Assembly (NCBI GenBank): GCA_963664405.1
Contig: OY761158.1
Span: 4,192,001-4,256,000, forward strand
Length of the DNA: 64,000 nucleotides
From: Thermoanaerobaculia bacterium
GTDB taxonomy: Bacteria > Acidobacteriota > Thermoanaerobaculia > Multivoradales > Multivoraceae
Direction of reading: 5' to 3'
Every line of letters starts with the position of its first letter. Position 1 is the stretch's first letter. Shown here one piece after another: positions 9,524-19,532 of the stretch. A program made the translations under genes and the position numbers. The notes below the pieces were generated by a model. It was not told where the DNA came from and did not search any database. It saw only the letters and a program-made list of their open reading frames with translations.

Positions 9524-10015
9524 CTATTCAGGGTCGGGTATTGTGTAGAAACCAGACAGTGAAAGAGCGATATTGATATCACTGTCCGTTTCGTTCGAAA
9601 AATACCAGCCATGCACACCGTCAAAAGGCGCGACCAGATAGCCATCTGATGTGTCGCCACGGCCCTGCTTGAAAAACATCACATTCCCAGGCTCTTCAGA
9701 AGCTCTTACCGTGTGACCATGAAACTCTGCAAGAAGAAGTTCAGGATTCGAGATGTCTGTGGATCTCCACTGATAGGACACTGAATGACCTTGTTTCATG
9801 TCCAGCATGTATTCCAGATCCGAATTGGCAGGAACTGTAATTGCAACCTGGTCCGTCTGATAAACAGGACTGGCTTCAAAGTAGACATTATCGGCCAGCG
9901 GTACGTCTATCCACTCGACAGGCGCCGATGCACAAGCGGGAAGAATTAGACAGAAACACAAAGCAACAAAATGAAAGCCGCGAGTTCCGATGCTGGATTC
10001 GAGTGAATTAGTCAA
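9524..10015 (-). CDS. Hypothetical lipoprotein, possibly metal-binding
   Basis: Lipobox-like LILPAC; His motifs EFHGH and FDGVHGWYF; visibly more AT-rich than its flanks. Confidence 0.7.
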   Translation of the reverse strand: MTNSLESSIGTRGFHFVALCFCLILPACASAPVEWIDVPLADNVYFEASPVYQTDQVAITVPANSDLEYMLDMKQGHSVSYQWRSTDISNPELLLAEFHGHTVRASEEPGNVMFFKQGRGDTSDGYLVAPFDGVHGWYFSNETDSDINIALSLSGFYTIPDPE

Positions 10016-10059
10016 AGGTAGTGTCTCCTCTTGTGCAGTCTCGTTGGTTGGCCAGCAGC

Positions 10060-10617
10060 GGCGCTGGCAAGTTGAGGCCGTGGCTGGCAGAGTACGTCGA
10101 TGGCGAACCCACCGCCCAGCTATCGTCTGGATACCGGGTTCCCCCTGAAATCATCAGTGACGCCGTCTGGCGCCATCACCGTTTCGGTCTCAGCTTCCGA
10201 GACCTCGCCGAACGGCATATCACGGTGACGTACGAGGCGATTCGGCCATGCTGTCTGACGATCGGACTCGACTACGCTCGGCGGTTGCGGCGCCGCCGCG
10301 GCCGCATGGGCGACATTTGGTATCTGGACGAGGTCTTCGCGAAGATCCAGGGGCGCCGGCAGTATCTGTGGCGGGCTGTCGATGACGACGGCGATATGAT
10401 CGACATTCTGGTGCAGTCCCGGCGCAATCGGCGAGCGGCCATACGCTTCTTTCGGAAATTGTTGAAAGGACAAGGCCACGAGCCTCGACGACTGATCACA
10501 GACAAGCTGTGCAGCTACTCGGCGGGGCACCACACCGTGATGCCGTCCGTAGTGCACAGTACCCAACAGGACGAGAATAATCGAGCGGAGGTGTCGCATC
10601 AACCGACGTCGGTCTGA
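10060..10617 (+). mobile_element. Degenerate, truncated IS6-family element (left IR + transposase pseudogene)
   Basis: Left IR GGCGCTGGCAAGTTGA. Transposase motifs GYRVPPEII, LSFRDLAER, WYLDEVF, YLWRAVD, ITDKL, NNRAEVSHQPT. C-terminus and right IR are missing. Confidence 0.88.
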
Positions 10618-10711
10618 CCTGTGTGGTCTTCGATCTGATGTCCGTTGCTGCGGTCGAGGAGCGGCGACCGCGAGAGGTTCATGAGCGGCTCGATCTTAGG
10701 GAGGAAGCACG

Positions 10712-10870
10712 CTAGGCGAGGATGTCGTGAATGACGCGACCGTGTACGTCGCTGAGCCGAAAGTCGCGTCCTCCATGCCGGTAGGTCAGAAGCTGGTGAT
10801 CGATTCCCATCAGATGGAGCACGGTCGCCCACAGGTCGTAAACCGTGGTCTCGTTCTCCACCCCGGCAGC
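10712..10870 (-). pseudogene. C-terminal fragment of a DUF1501-family protein
   Basis: VYDLWATVLHLMGIDHQLLTYRHGGRDFRLSDVHGRVIHDILA* is the characteristic DUF1501 C-terminus. The rest of the gene is absent. Confidence 0.75.
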
Positions 10871-11079
10871 TTTTGGGCTGCCGACGGTGCCACCCGAATA
10901 TTTCAAGGAATATGCGAAGGAATCTCGTCTCCATCTAAATCGAAGTATGTCAACAGCTTACCAGTGAAGACGCCGAATTGACGGCGACCCATGTCGCCCC
11001 CAAGGCCGGAACAGGGGAGGTGAGCTCGCTTGACTCGGGCCTTCTAATGTGTGGCACCTTGTGAGCGAAGCGGTTCAAG

Positions 11080-11565
11080 GGGCTCCCTGAACTGGGCGAT
11101 GCTTTGCATTCTCCCCGGTGAGATCGCGGAGGGAAACGGGAAGCGCCAGATCGTTATCGACGAGCGTGCGGACGAGGCTCAACGGACTCCTCTCGAAACC
11201 ATCATCGCGGGCGAGGCATGCGCTGCTCTCAGCAATCATTTCTCCGTTTTCGGCTCCCTATGCTCGGAGTTCTTCGAGACATTGTTTCTGCCGATCGATC
11301 TCGAGGTGGACCTGGAGCTCAGAACCGCGAAGGTCGACATCCTGGCGTTGTGAAGAGTAGCGGCAGACCGATAATCAACAAGTTCAATGGAGAACCCTTC
11401 CACATTGCACTGGTACGGCCGAGCGGTAGCTTCGAGTTTAGCTACGGGGAAATCGGACGAGGCACGACCTCGGTGACCGGTGAGCTGGAAATGGCGTTCG
11501 AACATTCATGGGCGCTATTCTGCGTTCACCACTACAACCAGGATGGCTTGGTCCGGGCTGGTTGA
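11080..11565 (+). pseudogene. 5'-truncated, frameshifted DUF1326-family gene
   Basis: PGEIAEGNG...IDERADEAQR in one frame continues as PGVVKSSGRPI...SFEF after a -1 shift near 11342. The Cys-rich N-terminus is missing. Confidence 0.7.
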
Positions 11566-11616
11566 GATGATTGGCTCCTCGGCTTCAAAATAATCTCAAG
11601 AGCGAAGGTGCTAATC

Positions 11617-12906
11617 CTAAGAGCGAAGGTGCAGCTGTGGCCGCGGGCAGAAGAAGATGGCCGTGGCGCCGGCGAAAGCCATGAGCATGAGGACCGTAAT
11701 GGCGCCGACGTAGGAGCCGCTCTTGTCGGCTGAGGCGCCTGCCCAGGTCGGTGCGATCCAGCCGGCGACACCGGTGATGGCGATCCGCAGACCGCCCGTG
11801 CCTACGAACGCGTTGCGGCCGAAGAAATCTGCGAACACGATGGGCTCGCTGACGAAGGCAAGGCCGTAGCCTACGCCGAGCATCAAAACGCAGGGGTAGG
11901 CGTATAGCGCGCTCGTCGCGAAGAGGAGTCCGAGCAGGCCCAGTCCTGAGATCGTGAGTGCCATCGCGAGCACCCGGGTGGGGCGCATGAAGTCGCCTAG
12001 CGAGGCGCTGAGCCTGCCGACGGCGCTCACACCGACCCTCACGCCGAGAATCGCGGCGGCCGCGGTCGGTGTGAAGCCCAGATCCTCGAAGTGGAGCCGG
12101 CCATGAGCGGTCAGCACGCGCCAGGGAACCGCGTTGGTGAGCCCCGCGAAGGTCGCGACGAGGAAGTGGGGCGTGCGGATCGCCTGCACTACGGTCCACT
12201 GGAGTCGCACGGGCGCGGTGGCCGGCTCTGTCGGGTCGTATCGGTGCGCCTCCTCGCTCGCCAGGCGGCCGTCCCGGCGCTGGCCGATGTCGCCGGGATG
12301 GTTGCGAATGAGCACGAGTGCGATGAGCGCGACGAAGATCGACGATCCCGCGATCAGCCGAAAGGCAATGCGCCAGTCCCAGTGCTCGAGGATGAGGGCG
12401 TCGATCGGTGTCACAGCGGCGCCGAAGACGGCCGCTCCGAGCAGGATGACGGCGGTGGCGCGTGCGCGGTACCGACGAAACCAGTTCACCGGTAGCGCTT
12501 GAAAAGGCAAGAGCGTCGAGAAGCCGAAGCCGATTCCGGCGACGAGGGCATAGCTGAGGTAGAGACCCTCGAGCGAATCCACCAGGCTGACGCACCAGAA
12601 GCCGACTCCGGCGCACAGTGCTCCGGCGGAGATGGTCGCGCGCAGTCCGAATCGCCTGATGGCGATCGCGGCCAGTGGGCTCACCGTGGCCAACGTCAAG
12701 GTAAACGTGCCGAAGATCGAGCCGATCTGCTCCCTGGTCAGCCCGAGCTCGTCCATGAGCTCCGGCGCGAGAAAGCCCCAGCTGTAATAGCCTGGCGCGA
12801 CGCCGAGGCCGTAGGCGACAAAGCCGACACCGACGAGCGTCCAGCCGTAGAACATGGGGCGGTTGGGAGACTCGATAGCGGGCCCCTTAGGAGATGGTCG
12901 CGGCAC
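11617..12906 (-). CDS. MFS transporter (OFA/MCT-like)
   Basis: About 12 TM segments; FYGW start, RRFGLR loop, VNWFRRYRARA, DFFGR. Confidence 0.88.
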   Translation of the reverse strand: MPRPSPKGPAIESPNRPMFYGWTLVGVGFVAYGLGVAPGYYSWGFLAPELMDELGLTREQIGSIFGTFTLTLATVSPLAAIAIRRFGLRATISAGALCAGVGFWCVSLVDSLEGLYLSYALVAGIGFGFSTLLPFQALPVNWFRRYRARATAVILLGAAVFGAAVTPIDALILEHWDWRIAFRLIAGSSIFVALIALVLIRNHPGDIGQRRDGRLASEEAHRYDPTEPATAPVRLQWTVVQAIRTPHFLVATFAGLTNAVPWRVLTAHGRLHFEDLGFTPTAAAAILGVRVGVSAVGRLSASLGDFMRPTRVLAMALTISGLGLLGLLFATSALYAYPCVLMLGVGYGLAFVSEPIVFADFFGRNAFVGTGGLRIAITGVAGWIAPTWAGASADKSGSYVGAITVLMLMAFAGATAIFFCPRPQLHLRS

Positions 12907-12963
12907 GTGACTGTTGCAGCTCGCTACAGCAGCTCACCATCTCGTTGCCCTAAGCCGCATCAA

Positions 12964-14658
12964 CTATGACCGCCCTTTGGTGAACCGGACCTGCGGGTTT
13001 TGCGGATCGCGTGGCGCGACCGCCTTTTCGAACGCCTCGCACACGTCTGTCGAGATGTGCACGACGGAGCGCCAGGCGCCGATGTTGATCGCACCGACCT
13101 GCTTCCCGGTGATCCCGCCACGTCTGCAGGTGTGAGCCAGGATACGCTGGGGGTTGGCGCCGGCCTTCGATCCCCAGGAGACGTCGAAGGGCACGAAGCC
13201 TGCTTCCGCCTTCTGCCGGCGGCCGCCAAAGGAACCCTTCTCCGAGCTGCTGCCCGACTTTCCCTCGTGGCGCCGCGATGGCGTGTCCACCGCCCGGATC
13301 TCCCGCGGCTCGACGGCAGTGCCGGCACCGAGCTCGTGTAGCAGCTCCGCGACGAGAGCCTCCGGCGGGCGCCGCTCGAGCAGGCGCGCGGCGATCCGCT
13401 GATACTCCTCCGGAGCGCTCGAGCTCGCCGGATCGCCTTCGGCTTCCTGGTCGAAGGCGCCGTACTTGCGTATGAGCCGTTTGCGGCCCGCCTTGCGGAT
13501 TTTCGCCGGGGTTGGAGGCGACTGCCACTGGGCGTCAGCCTCGACGATGCGAAAGAGCTCCTCGATGCGGCGCCGCATATGCGGTGGCACGAGAAGGATG
13601 CTCTCGCCCTTCTCGCCCGCGCGACCGGTTCTGCCGCTACGGTGGGTGAACGCCTCGCGACTTTCCGGCAGGTCGTAGTGCACGATCTTCTGAACTCCCC
13701 GAATGTCGAGGCCGCGCGCCGCCACATCTGTGGCCACGACGCATTGGAGCTTGCGCGCTCGGAAGTCGGCCAGGCAGCGGGTGCGCTCGCGTTGTGCCAT
13801 CTCGCCGCTCAGGGGGCCCGCCGACAATCCAAGACTGGCGAGCTCGCCCGCGACCCCGGCGGCGGCCACTCGGGTGCGGACGAAGACCAGGAAGCGATGG
13901 TCGGGTTGAAGAAGCATCAGGTTGATCAGCATGTCCGTGCGCTGGTTGGCCGCCACGACGATGGCGGAATGGCTGATGTCCTGGTGTTGGGTGGTGACGG
14001 TGCCCTCGACCACCACGGCGTCTCTCTGGTAGCGATCGGCGAGAGCCCTGACTTTCGGCGGGAAAGTGGCCGAGACCAGATGCGTCCGGTGCCGATCCGA
14101 AGTGCGCTCGAGGATGCTCTCGAGCTCCTCGCGGAAGCCCATGTCGAGCATCTCGTCGGCTTCGTCGAGCACCACCTCGGAAGCCTCGGAGAGGTCCAGG
14201 GATCGTCGGTTCAGGTGATCGACCAGTCTGCCGGGGGTCCCGATGACGATCGCCGGACCCTCACTCAACGCTCGCAGGTCGCCAGTGATCGCTGTGCCTC
14301 CGGTCACCACGGTGAGCCCTAGATGGCGCCGCCCGTAGAGCCACGAGAGCTCCAGGCCGAGCTGGGCGGCGAGCTCGCGGGTCGGTACCACGATCACAAC
14401 GCGGGGCCTGGCCGTACGCTTCGATCCCACGCTCGCGGCATCGACGGCAGCGCCCTCGGCTTGGTCGGCGAAGGCGGTGGCGACGACGAAGCCCACAGCG
14501 ACGGTCTTGCCGGAGCCGGTCTGCGAGGAGATCCGCAGATCCCTGTTCGCGAGCTCAGGCGCAAGAACCGCACGCTGCACCTCCGTGAGCTCGGAGAACC
14601 CCCGCGCCCGCAGCGCGTTGGCGAAGTCGGGCAGAGCGCCGAGCTCCTCGAAATCCAC
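12964..14658 (-). CDS. DEAD-box RNA helicase with C-terminal DbpA-type RNA-binding domain
   Basis: Q motif, SQTGSGKT, PTRELA, TPGRL, DEAD, SAT, ARGLD, HRSGRTGRAG; C-terminal GITGKQVGAINI. Confidence 0.93.
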   Translation of the reverse strand: MDFEELGALPDFANALRARGFSELTEVQRAVLAPELANRDLRISSQTGSGKTVAVGFVVATAFADQAEGAAVDAASVGSKRTARPRVVIVVPTRELAAQLGLELSWLYGRRHLGLTVVTGGTAITGDLRALSEGPAIVIGTPGRLVDHLNRRSLDLSEASEVVLDEADEMLDMGFREELESILERTSDRHRTHLVSATFPPKVRALADRYQRDAVVVEGTVTTQHQDISHSAIVVAANQRTDMLINLMLLQPDHRFLVFVRTRVAAAGVAGELASLGLSAGPLSGEMAQRERTRCLADFRARKLQCVVATDVAARGLDIRGVQKIVHYDLPESREAFTHRSGRTGRAGEKGESILLVPPHMRRRIEELFRIVEADAQWQSPPTPAKIRKAGRKRLIRKYGAFDQEAEGDPASSSAPEEYQRIAARLLERRPPEALVAELLHELGAGTAVEPREIRAVDTPSRRHEGKSGSSSEKGSFGGRRQKAEAGFVPFDVSWGSKAGANPQRILAHTCRRGGITGKQVGAINIGAWRSVVHISTDVCEAFEKAVAPRDPQNPQVRFTKGRS

Positions 14659-14911
14659 CGCGCGGCTCGCGGGCGCGGAGCTTTCCTTTTCTTTCTCGGC
14701 GCGAGGCTCGGCCGCTTCATCGCCTTCGTTGGGCGTGATATCGCTCTTGGCCGAAGGGTCGGGCGGGTTTTTGGCCTTGTCTTGATGTGGCGAGAGGATT
14801 CCTCCGTCTGCACTCTAGCGGATGTGAGGAGGGGCCGGGACCTCGGCTCACTCCCATCCGTAGGCCTTTCAACCCGGGCCAAGCTAGCGACAGCCGAAGG
14901 CTGCCTGGGGC

Positions 14912-16141
14912 TCAACTTCGTAGTGCCTCGATCCTATTCATCAGAGGCGGATGCGAGTAGTGCAGCTTCACGTAGAAGGGATGCGGAGTGAGGTTCTGAA
15001 GGCTCTCGGCCGCGAGCTGCTTGAGCGACGCGACGAGTCGCTCACCGGTTCCGGTGGTCTCGCGCGCGTATGCGTCCGCTTCGAACTCGTTCTGACGTGA
15101 GAACGCTTGGACAAAGAACGAGAGCACCAGATCGATCGGCGAGAAGAGCATCCCGAAGAAGATCAGGCCGGCGTAATTGGACATCTCGTCCATGTAGAAC
15201 GCGTCGAACAGTCCGCGCTCTGTGAGGAACAGCGAGAGCAGGAAGAAGACCAGCCCCGATTGAACGATACCAATGATCAGGCGCTTGCGAATGTGCCCGC
15301 GTTTGTAGTGCCCGATCTCGTGCGCAACGATCGCGACGAGCTCGTCGGTAGATTGCTTCTCCGTCAACGTGTCGAACAACGCGACGCGCTTGTGCTTGCC
15401 GAAACCGGTGAAGAACGCGTTGGCCTTCGTCGAACGACGAGAGCCGTCGATCACGAACAATCCTTCGAGTGGAAAGCCGACCTTCTGCGCGTAGCCCATC
15501 ACGGCTTGGCGCAGCTCGCCTTCTTCAAGCGGCGTGAACTTGTTGAAGAGCGGCATGATCCACGTCGGTGCAATGAACTGGATCAGGAGCGCGAACGCAG
15601 AGACGAGAGCCCAGCACCAGATCCACGCGACCGATCCCGCAGCCTCGAAGAACCACAGGATTCCCGCCAGCAGCGGCCCGCCGAGGAGCACGGCCAGAGC
15701 GATGCTCTTCAGCACGTCGAGCCAGAACGTTTTCAGCGTCGTCTTGTTGAAGCCGAATCGCTCTTCGATGACGAAGGTGCCGTACCAGCTGAACGGGAGT
15801 CCGAGCGCGAGCTTCGCTCCCACCAAGAGGCCCATGTACACCAGACCGGTCAGGATCGGCCCATAGTCGAACCCACGCACGAGCTCGTCGAGCCACTGAA
15901 AGCCGCCGCCGTACCAGAACGCCAAGAGCACGGCGAGATCGAATGTCGTCGGGATCATCCCGAAGCGCGTGTTCACGCGCGTGTACTCCTGCGAGCGGCG
16001 ATAGCGCTCGGTGTCGTAAACGTCCCGGAACTCGTCCGGGAGCTCGGGCGCGAGGGCTCTGAGGTTGAGCAAGTCGGCGGCTAGATGCAGCGAGTACTCG
16101 ACGACGAGCGCGATCTGGATGACAACGGCGTAGACGTTCAC
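14912..16141 (-). CDS. M48 (Ste24/HtpX-like) zinc metalloprotease
   Basis: IEERFGFNK, NAFFTG, HEIGH, EFEAD, YSHPP. Confidence 0.93.
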   Translation of the reverse strand: MNVYAVVIQIALVVEYSLHLAADLLNLRALAPELPDEFRDVYDTERYRRSQEYTRVNTRFGMIPTTFDLAVLLAFWYGGGFQWLDELVRGFDYGPILTGLVYMGLLVGAKLALGLPFSWYGTFVIEERFGFNKTTLKTFWLDVLKSIALAVLLGGPLLAGILWFFEAAGSVAWIWCWALVSAFALLIQFIAPTWIMPLFNKFTPLEEGELRQAVMGYAQKVGFPLEGLFVIDGSRRSTKANAFFTGFGKHKRVALFDTLTEKQSTDELVAIVAHEIGHYKRGHIRKRLIIGIVQSGLVFFLLSLFLTERGLFDAFYMDEMSNYAGLIFFGMLFSPIDLVLSFFVQAFSRQNEFEADAYARETTGTGERLVASLKQLAAESLQNLTPHPFYVKLHYSHPPLMNRIEALRS

Positions 16142-16222
16142 GCGCGGAGTCTAACGCTATCCCGCGTCGGGTGGACCGCCGCTGCGAGCTGCGCATGACG
16201 AGGTGCCATCACCGAGTCGTCC

Positions 16223-17899
16223 TCAGTGCAGAAGGGGCTTCATGACCGGCCGCTGCTGCGCATATCGCGCCAGGTGGTCGTCGATTACGGTGGTGAGCGC
16301 CGGATCCCCTTGGGCCAGCTCCCGGGCCCTCAGAGCGACACGGGTGGCATCACCGAAGCGTCCGTTGGCTGCATAGGCGATGCCGAAGAGGTCGGCGCAC
16401 GCCGCATCGTGGCGATGGGTGCTGTAGAGCCGCTGCGCCAGGTCCAGAGACTCCGCCTCCTCCTCCTCCGAGATCGGTCTCGAAGTCGCCAGAAGCATGG
16501 CCAGATTGAAGGCGGTACCGATCTCCTCAGGCTGCTGTCCGAGAATCTGCCTCAAGGTCTCCTTGGCAGCGCCGAGGTCGGCCAACTCGATCTCGAGTCG
16601 GGCGAGAGGCCTCAGATTGGGCAGGTGATCCGGCGCCAGCATTGCCAGCTGCCGGCGGGCTTCGAGCGCCTGGTGAAACGACTCCTGCCCCGCAAACGCC
16701 ACGGCCAGATCCGCGTAGGCGAGGTATCGTGTCGGTTCCGCTGCCAGTGCCCTTTCGAGAGGCTCGATCGCATCCCGGAAACGTTCTTGCCGATTGCGAA
16801 GCTGACCCAGCGCGAGATGAGCGCCGGGGTGGTCGGGCCGTCGTTCGAGGGCGAGCGCGAGCGCACGCTCCGTCGCCGCCAGTTCGCCGAGCTGCAACCA
16901 GGCGTCGGCGAGCCCTACCTGAAGGTCCGCGTTCTGCGGCGCCTTTTGCAGGCCCGCCTGGAAGTGCTCGATGGCATCTCGGCTCCGACCCTGGGCGAGC
17001 GCGACCCTACCCAGGTCGTTCAGCGCCTCACCGCTGGTGTCGAGTCTCGAGGCCTCCTCGAACAGCGCACGGGCCTCTTCATCATCGCCTCGGGCCGAGA
17101 GGCGCCGGCCACGGTCGAGGAGGGCGCCGGCACTGATGCCTTGGGCGCGCATCTGATCGACCACGTCGCTCACCGGTCGCAGCCCCGCGCCGTAGGAGCG
17201 GGCTTGCCAGGCAGCTTCGGCCGCGCCGGCGGCATCTCCGATCTGTTGCCGAGCCTGCGCAAGCAAGCGGTAGAGATCCCCGTTTTTCGAGGTGCGGAGC
17301 CGCTCTGCTTCGAGAAGCTCGAGCGCGTCCTCGACCCGTCCCTCGACCAGAGCGATGCGCCCGAGGCCGAGCTGTGCGTGCTGCCGCGCCGATTCAGTGG
17401 CACCGGTCTTCCGATAGACGGCACGAGCCTGATCCAGCCGACCGGCTCGGGTCAGCGCGCTGGCGTAGGTCAGGCTCAGGGCGACGTCTTCTGGGGCCAG
17501 GAGCGTGTCCGAGAATTCGGACGGGCGAGTGGTTCTCAGGCGGGGATGGGCCGAGGAGTGGGCCGCGGGCCCATTCCTCGGGGCTAGCGCATGCGCCTTT
17601 GCCAAGAGATCGAGCGCGGCGTCTGCCGGCCGGTCGGTGAGCGCTGCGAGGTATGGCCAGCGGTAGTCCGCGGGCGGGCGCGCCATCGCTTCGAGGTAAC
17701 TCTCGTAAGCCTCGATCTCGAGCCCGTGCGCGTGGAGCACCATGGCGAGCTCCCCCCAGGCTTCGCCCGTTCCCGGGCTTTCGGCGACGGCGGCTCGGGC
17801 AGACGCGATGCGTGCGGCGACCTGCGGCTGCAGATCGACAGCTCCGGATCGCGTTACCAAGGCGAGACCTGCCCACAGCACTAGCGGCGCAACCCTCAA
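16223..17899 (-). CDS. Tetratricopeptide-repeat protein, secreted, carrying an in-frame 29-aa element insertion
   Basis: Many TPR units. TTG 17899 overlaps the upstream stop and is followed by a hydrophobic signal segment. Confidence 0.85.
   Translation of the reverse strand: MRVAPLVLWAGLALVTRSGAVDLQPQVAARIASARAAVAESPGTGEAWGELAMVLHAHGLEIEAYESYLEAMARPPADYRWPYLAALTDRPADAALDLLAKAHALAPRNGPAAHSSAHPRLRTTRPSEFSDTLLAPEDVALSLTYASALTRAGRLDQARAVYRKTGATESARQHAQLGLGRIALVEGRVEDALELLEAERLRTSKNGDLYRLLAQARQQIGDAAGAAEAAWQARSYGAGLRPVSDVVDQMRAQGISAGALLDRGRRLSARGDDEEARALFEEASRLDTSGEALNDLGRVALAQGRSRDAIEHFQAGLQKAPQNADLQVGLADAWLQLGELAATERALALALERRPDHPGAHLALGQLRNRQERFRDAIEPLERALAAEPTRYLAYADLAVAFAGQESFHQALEARRQLAMLAPDHLPNLRPLARLEIELADLGAAKETLRQILGQQPEEIGTAFNLAMLLATSRPISEEEEAESLDLAQRLYSTHRHDAACADLFGIAYAANGRFGDATRVALRARELAQGDPALTTVIDDHLARYAQQRPVMKPLLH
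17497..17587. mobile_element. 87-bp hairpin repeat element, copy 2, inserted in frame in the TPR gene
   Basis: Reverse complement runs CTAG...CTGG and aligns without gaps to 866-956. It encodes LAPRNGPAAHSSAHPRLRTTRPSEFSDTL. Confidence 0.85.
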
Positions 17900-19530
17900 G
17901 GCGACACTCCCTCTCCGCGGACGAGCACGAGGTGGCGGTTGATACCGGGGACGGGAAACGCTTCTCGATGACCGTCCGGCCATCGCACCACGAGAGCGCT
18001 GGCCTGCGTCGCCTCCCCGAGGCCGAAGTGAACCGTGGCCTCGCGGCTCGACAGGTAGCTGCGGGTGTGTGTGATCGGCCGCGCCAGCCAGCGGTCCCCG
18101 ATCTGCAACTCCACTACCCCGCCAATGGCATCCCACTTCCCGCGCGCCGTCATGGGTGACGGCACAAGCGCACGCACGGCGAGCCAGTTCCCGGTCACGG
18201 AAGCACGGTTCTCATACACCCTTGCCCGGCCGTTGGCATTGGCAAGAACCAGATCCAAATCGCCATCGCGGTCCAGATCTGCCGCCAGCAACCCTCGGCC
18301 CACCGAGCGGTCCGCACAAAAAGGGTTCGCATCGCAAGACACCTCGAACCGGCCGCTGCCGTCATTGGCGAGGAGCAGATTGGGCTCTCCGTAGATGGAC
18401 TCGAAGGAGGCCCCCGCCGGGAGGGTCCTGGTGGGGCGTCGCACCCGCCCGTTGGCGATCGCCAGGTCCAGGTCCCCATCCAGGTCGAAGTCGAGGAAGG
18501 CGGTGCCGAACCCGGTCAACGGCAGGCTCACCCGTCCCAGGTCCGATCGGATGGTGGCGTCCAACATCGCGTCGTTCGGGCCGCTCAGGTAGAGCGTGTT
18601 GGACTCGCGATCGACGTGGGTCAGGAAGAGGTCCATCTGCAGATCGTCGTTGAGATCACCGAGCGCGATCCCCATTCCGGCTTCGGACTCCCCGAAGAGG
18701 TTGGTGGCCACCCCCATTTCCGTGCCGCGTTCGGCAAAGCTCCCGCCACCCTGATTGATCCAGAGGTGATTCGGCGTGCCGTCGTTGGCGACGAAGACGT
18801 CGGCACGGCCGTCGGAGTCGAAGTCGTGGCAGACGACACCCAGGGTGGGGGAGTTAGCCTTCGAGATCCCGCTCGAAACGCCCGTGTCTTCGAAGGCGCC
18901 GTTTCCCAGGTTCCGGTAGAGCCGATCGGCGACGCCGGGGTAGACGTTGGGTGGGCAGTAGTCCCGGGCTCCGGCTTTGGTTGTGCATCGTTGATGGGCG
19001 TCCGAGCGCAGGTAGCTACCGACATAGAGATCGAGCAGACCGTCCATATCGATGTCGCAGAAGGCGGCCGAGGAGGACCAGGACGCCGCGTCGATGCCGG
19101 ATGAAGGTGTTATGTCACTGAAGGTACCATCGCCGTTGTTCCGGTAGAGCTGATCGCGCCCGACATGGGTGAGGTAGACGTCCAGATCGCCGTCGTTGTC
19201 GATGTCGCCGAGTGCGATTCCCATGCCGTATCCGGGCGACTCCAGACCGGCAGCGTGGGTCGCGTCCTGGTAGATGCCGCCGGCGGTCTGGCGGTAGAGC
19301 CGTGGTCCCCGGGGTGGGGCACCGGCGAAGAGGATGTCAGGCAAGCCGTCGCCATCGGAGTCGAAGATCGCGACACCGGCGCCCATGATCTCGGAGAGCC
19401 GATGATCTTCTGTTGGCGCCGCCGAATGTCGAAAGTCGATGCCGACGGCATCGGTAACGTCGACGAAGGTGTGGGGCTGGGCCCAGGCAGCAACCGAGAA
19501 GGTCAGCGCCAGGAATCCTCCAGCAGACCG
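17896..19530 (-). CDS. CRTAC1/ASPIC-UnbV family protein with FG-GAP-like repeats (start uncertain)
   Basis: Repeated DxDxDGxxD motifs and C-terminal HFGLG..VRWPDG. The frame continues upstream of ATG 19386 (FLALTFSVAAWAQPHTFVDVT...) with no ATG/GTG/TTG. Confidence 0.85.
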   Translation of the reverse strand, partial: RSAGGFLALTFSVAAWAQPHTFVDVTDAVGIDFRHSAAPTEDHRLSEIMGAGVAIFDSDGDGLPDILFAGAPPRGPRLYRQTAGGIYQDATHAAGLESPGYGMGIALGDIDNDGDLDVYLTHVGRDQLYRNNGDGTFSDITPSSGIDAASWSSSAAFCDIDMDGLLDLYVGSYLRSDAHQRCTTKAGARDYCPPNVYPGVADRLYRNLGNGAFEDTGVSSGISKANSPTLGVVCHDFDSDGRADVFVANDGTPNHLWINQGGGSFAERGTEMGVATNLFGESEAGMGIALGDLNDDLQMDLFLTHVDRESNTLYLSGPNDAMLDATIRSDLGRVSLPLTGFGTAFLDFDLDGDLDLAIANGRVRRPTRTLPAGASFESIYGEPNLLLANDGSGRFEVSCDANPFCADRSVGRGLLAADLDRDGDLDLVLANANGRARVYENRASVTGNWLAVRALVPSPMTARGKWDAIGGVVELQIGDRWLARPITHTRSYLSSREATVHFGLGEATQASALVVRWPDGHREAFPVPGINRHLVLVRGEGVSP

Positions 19531-19532
19531 AG

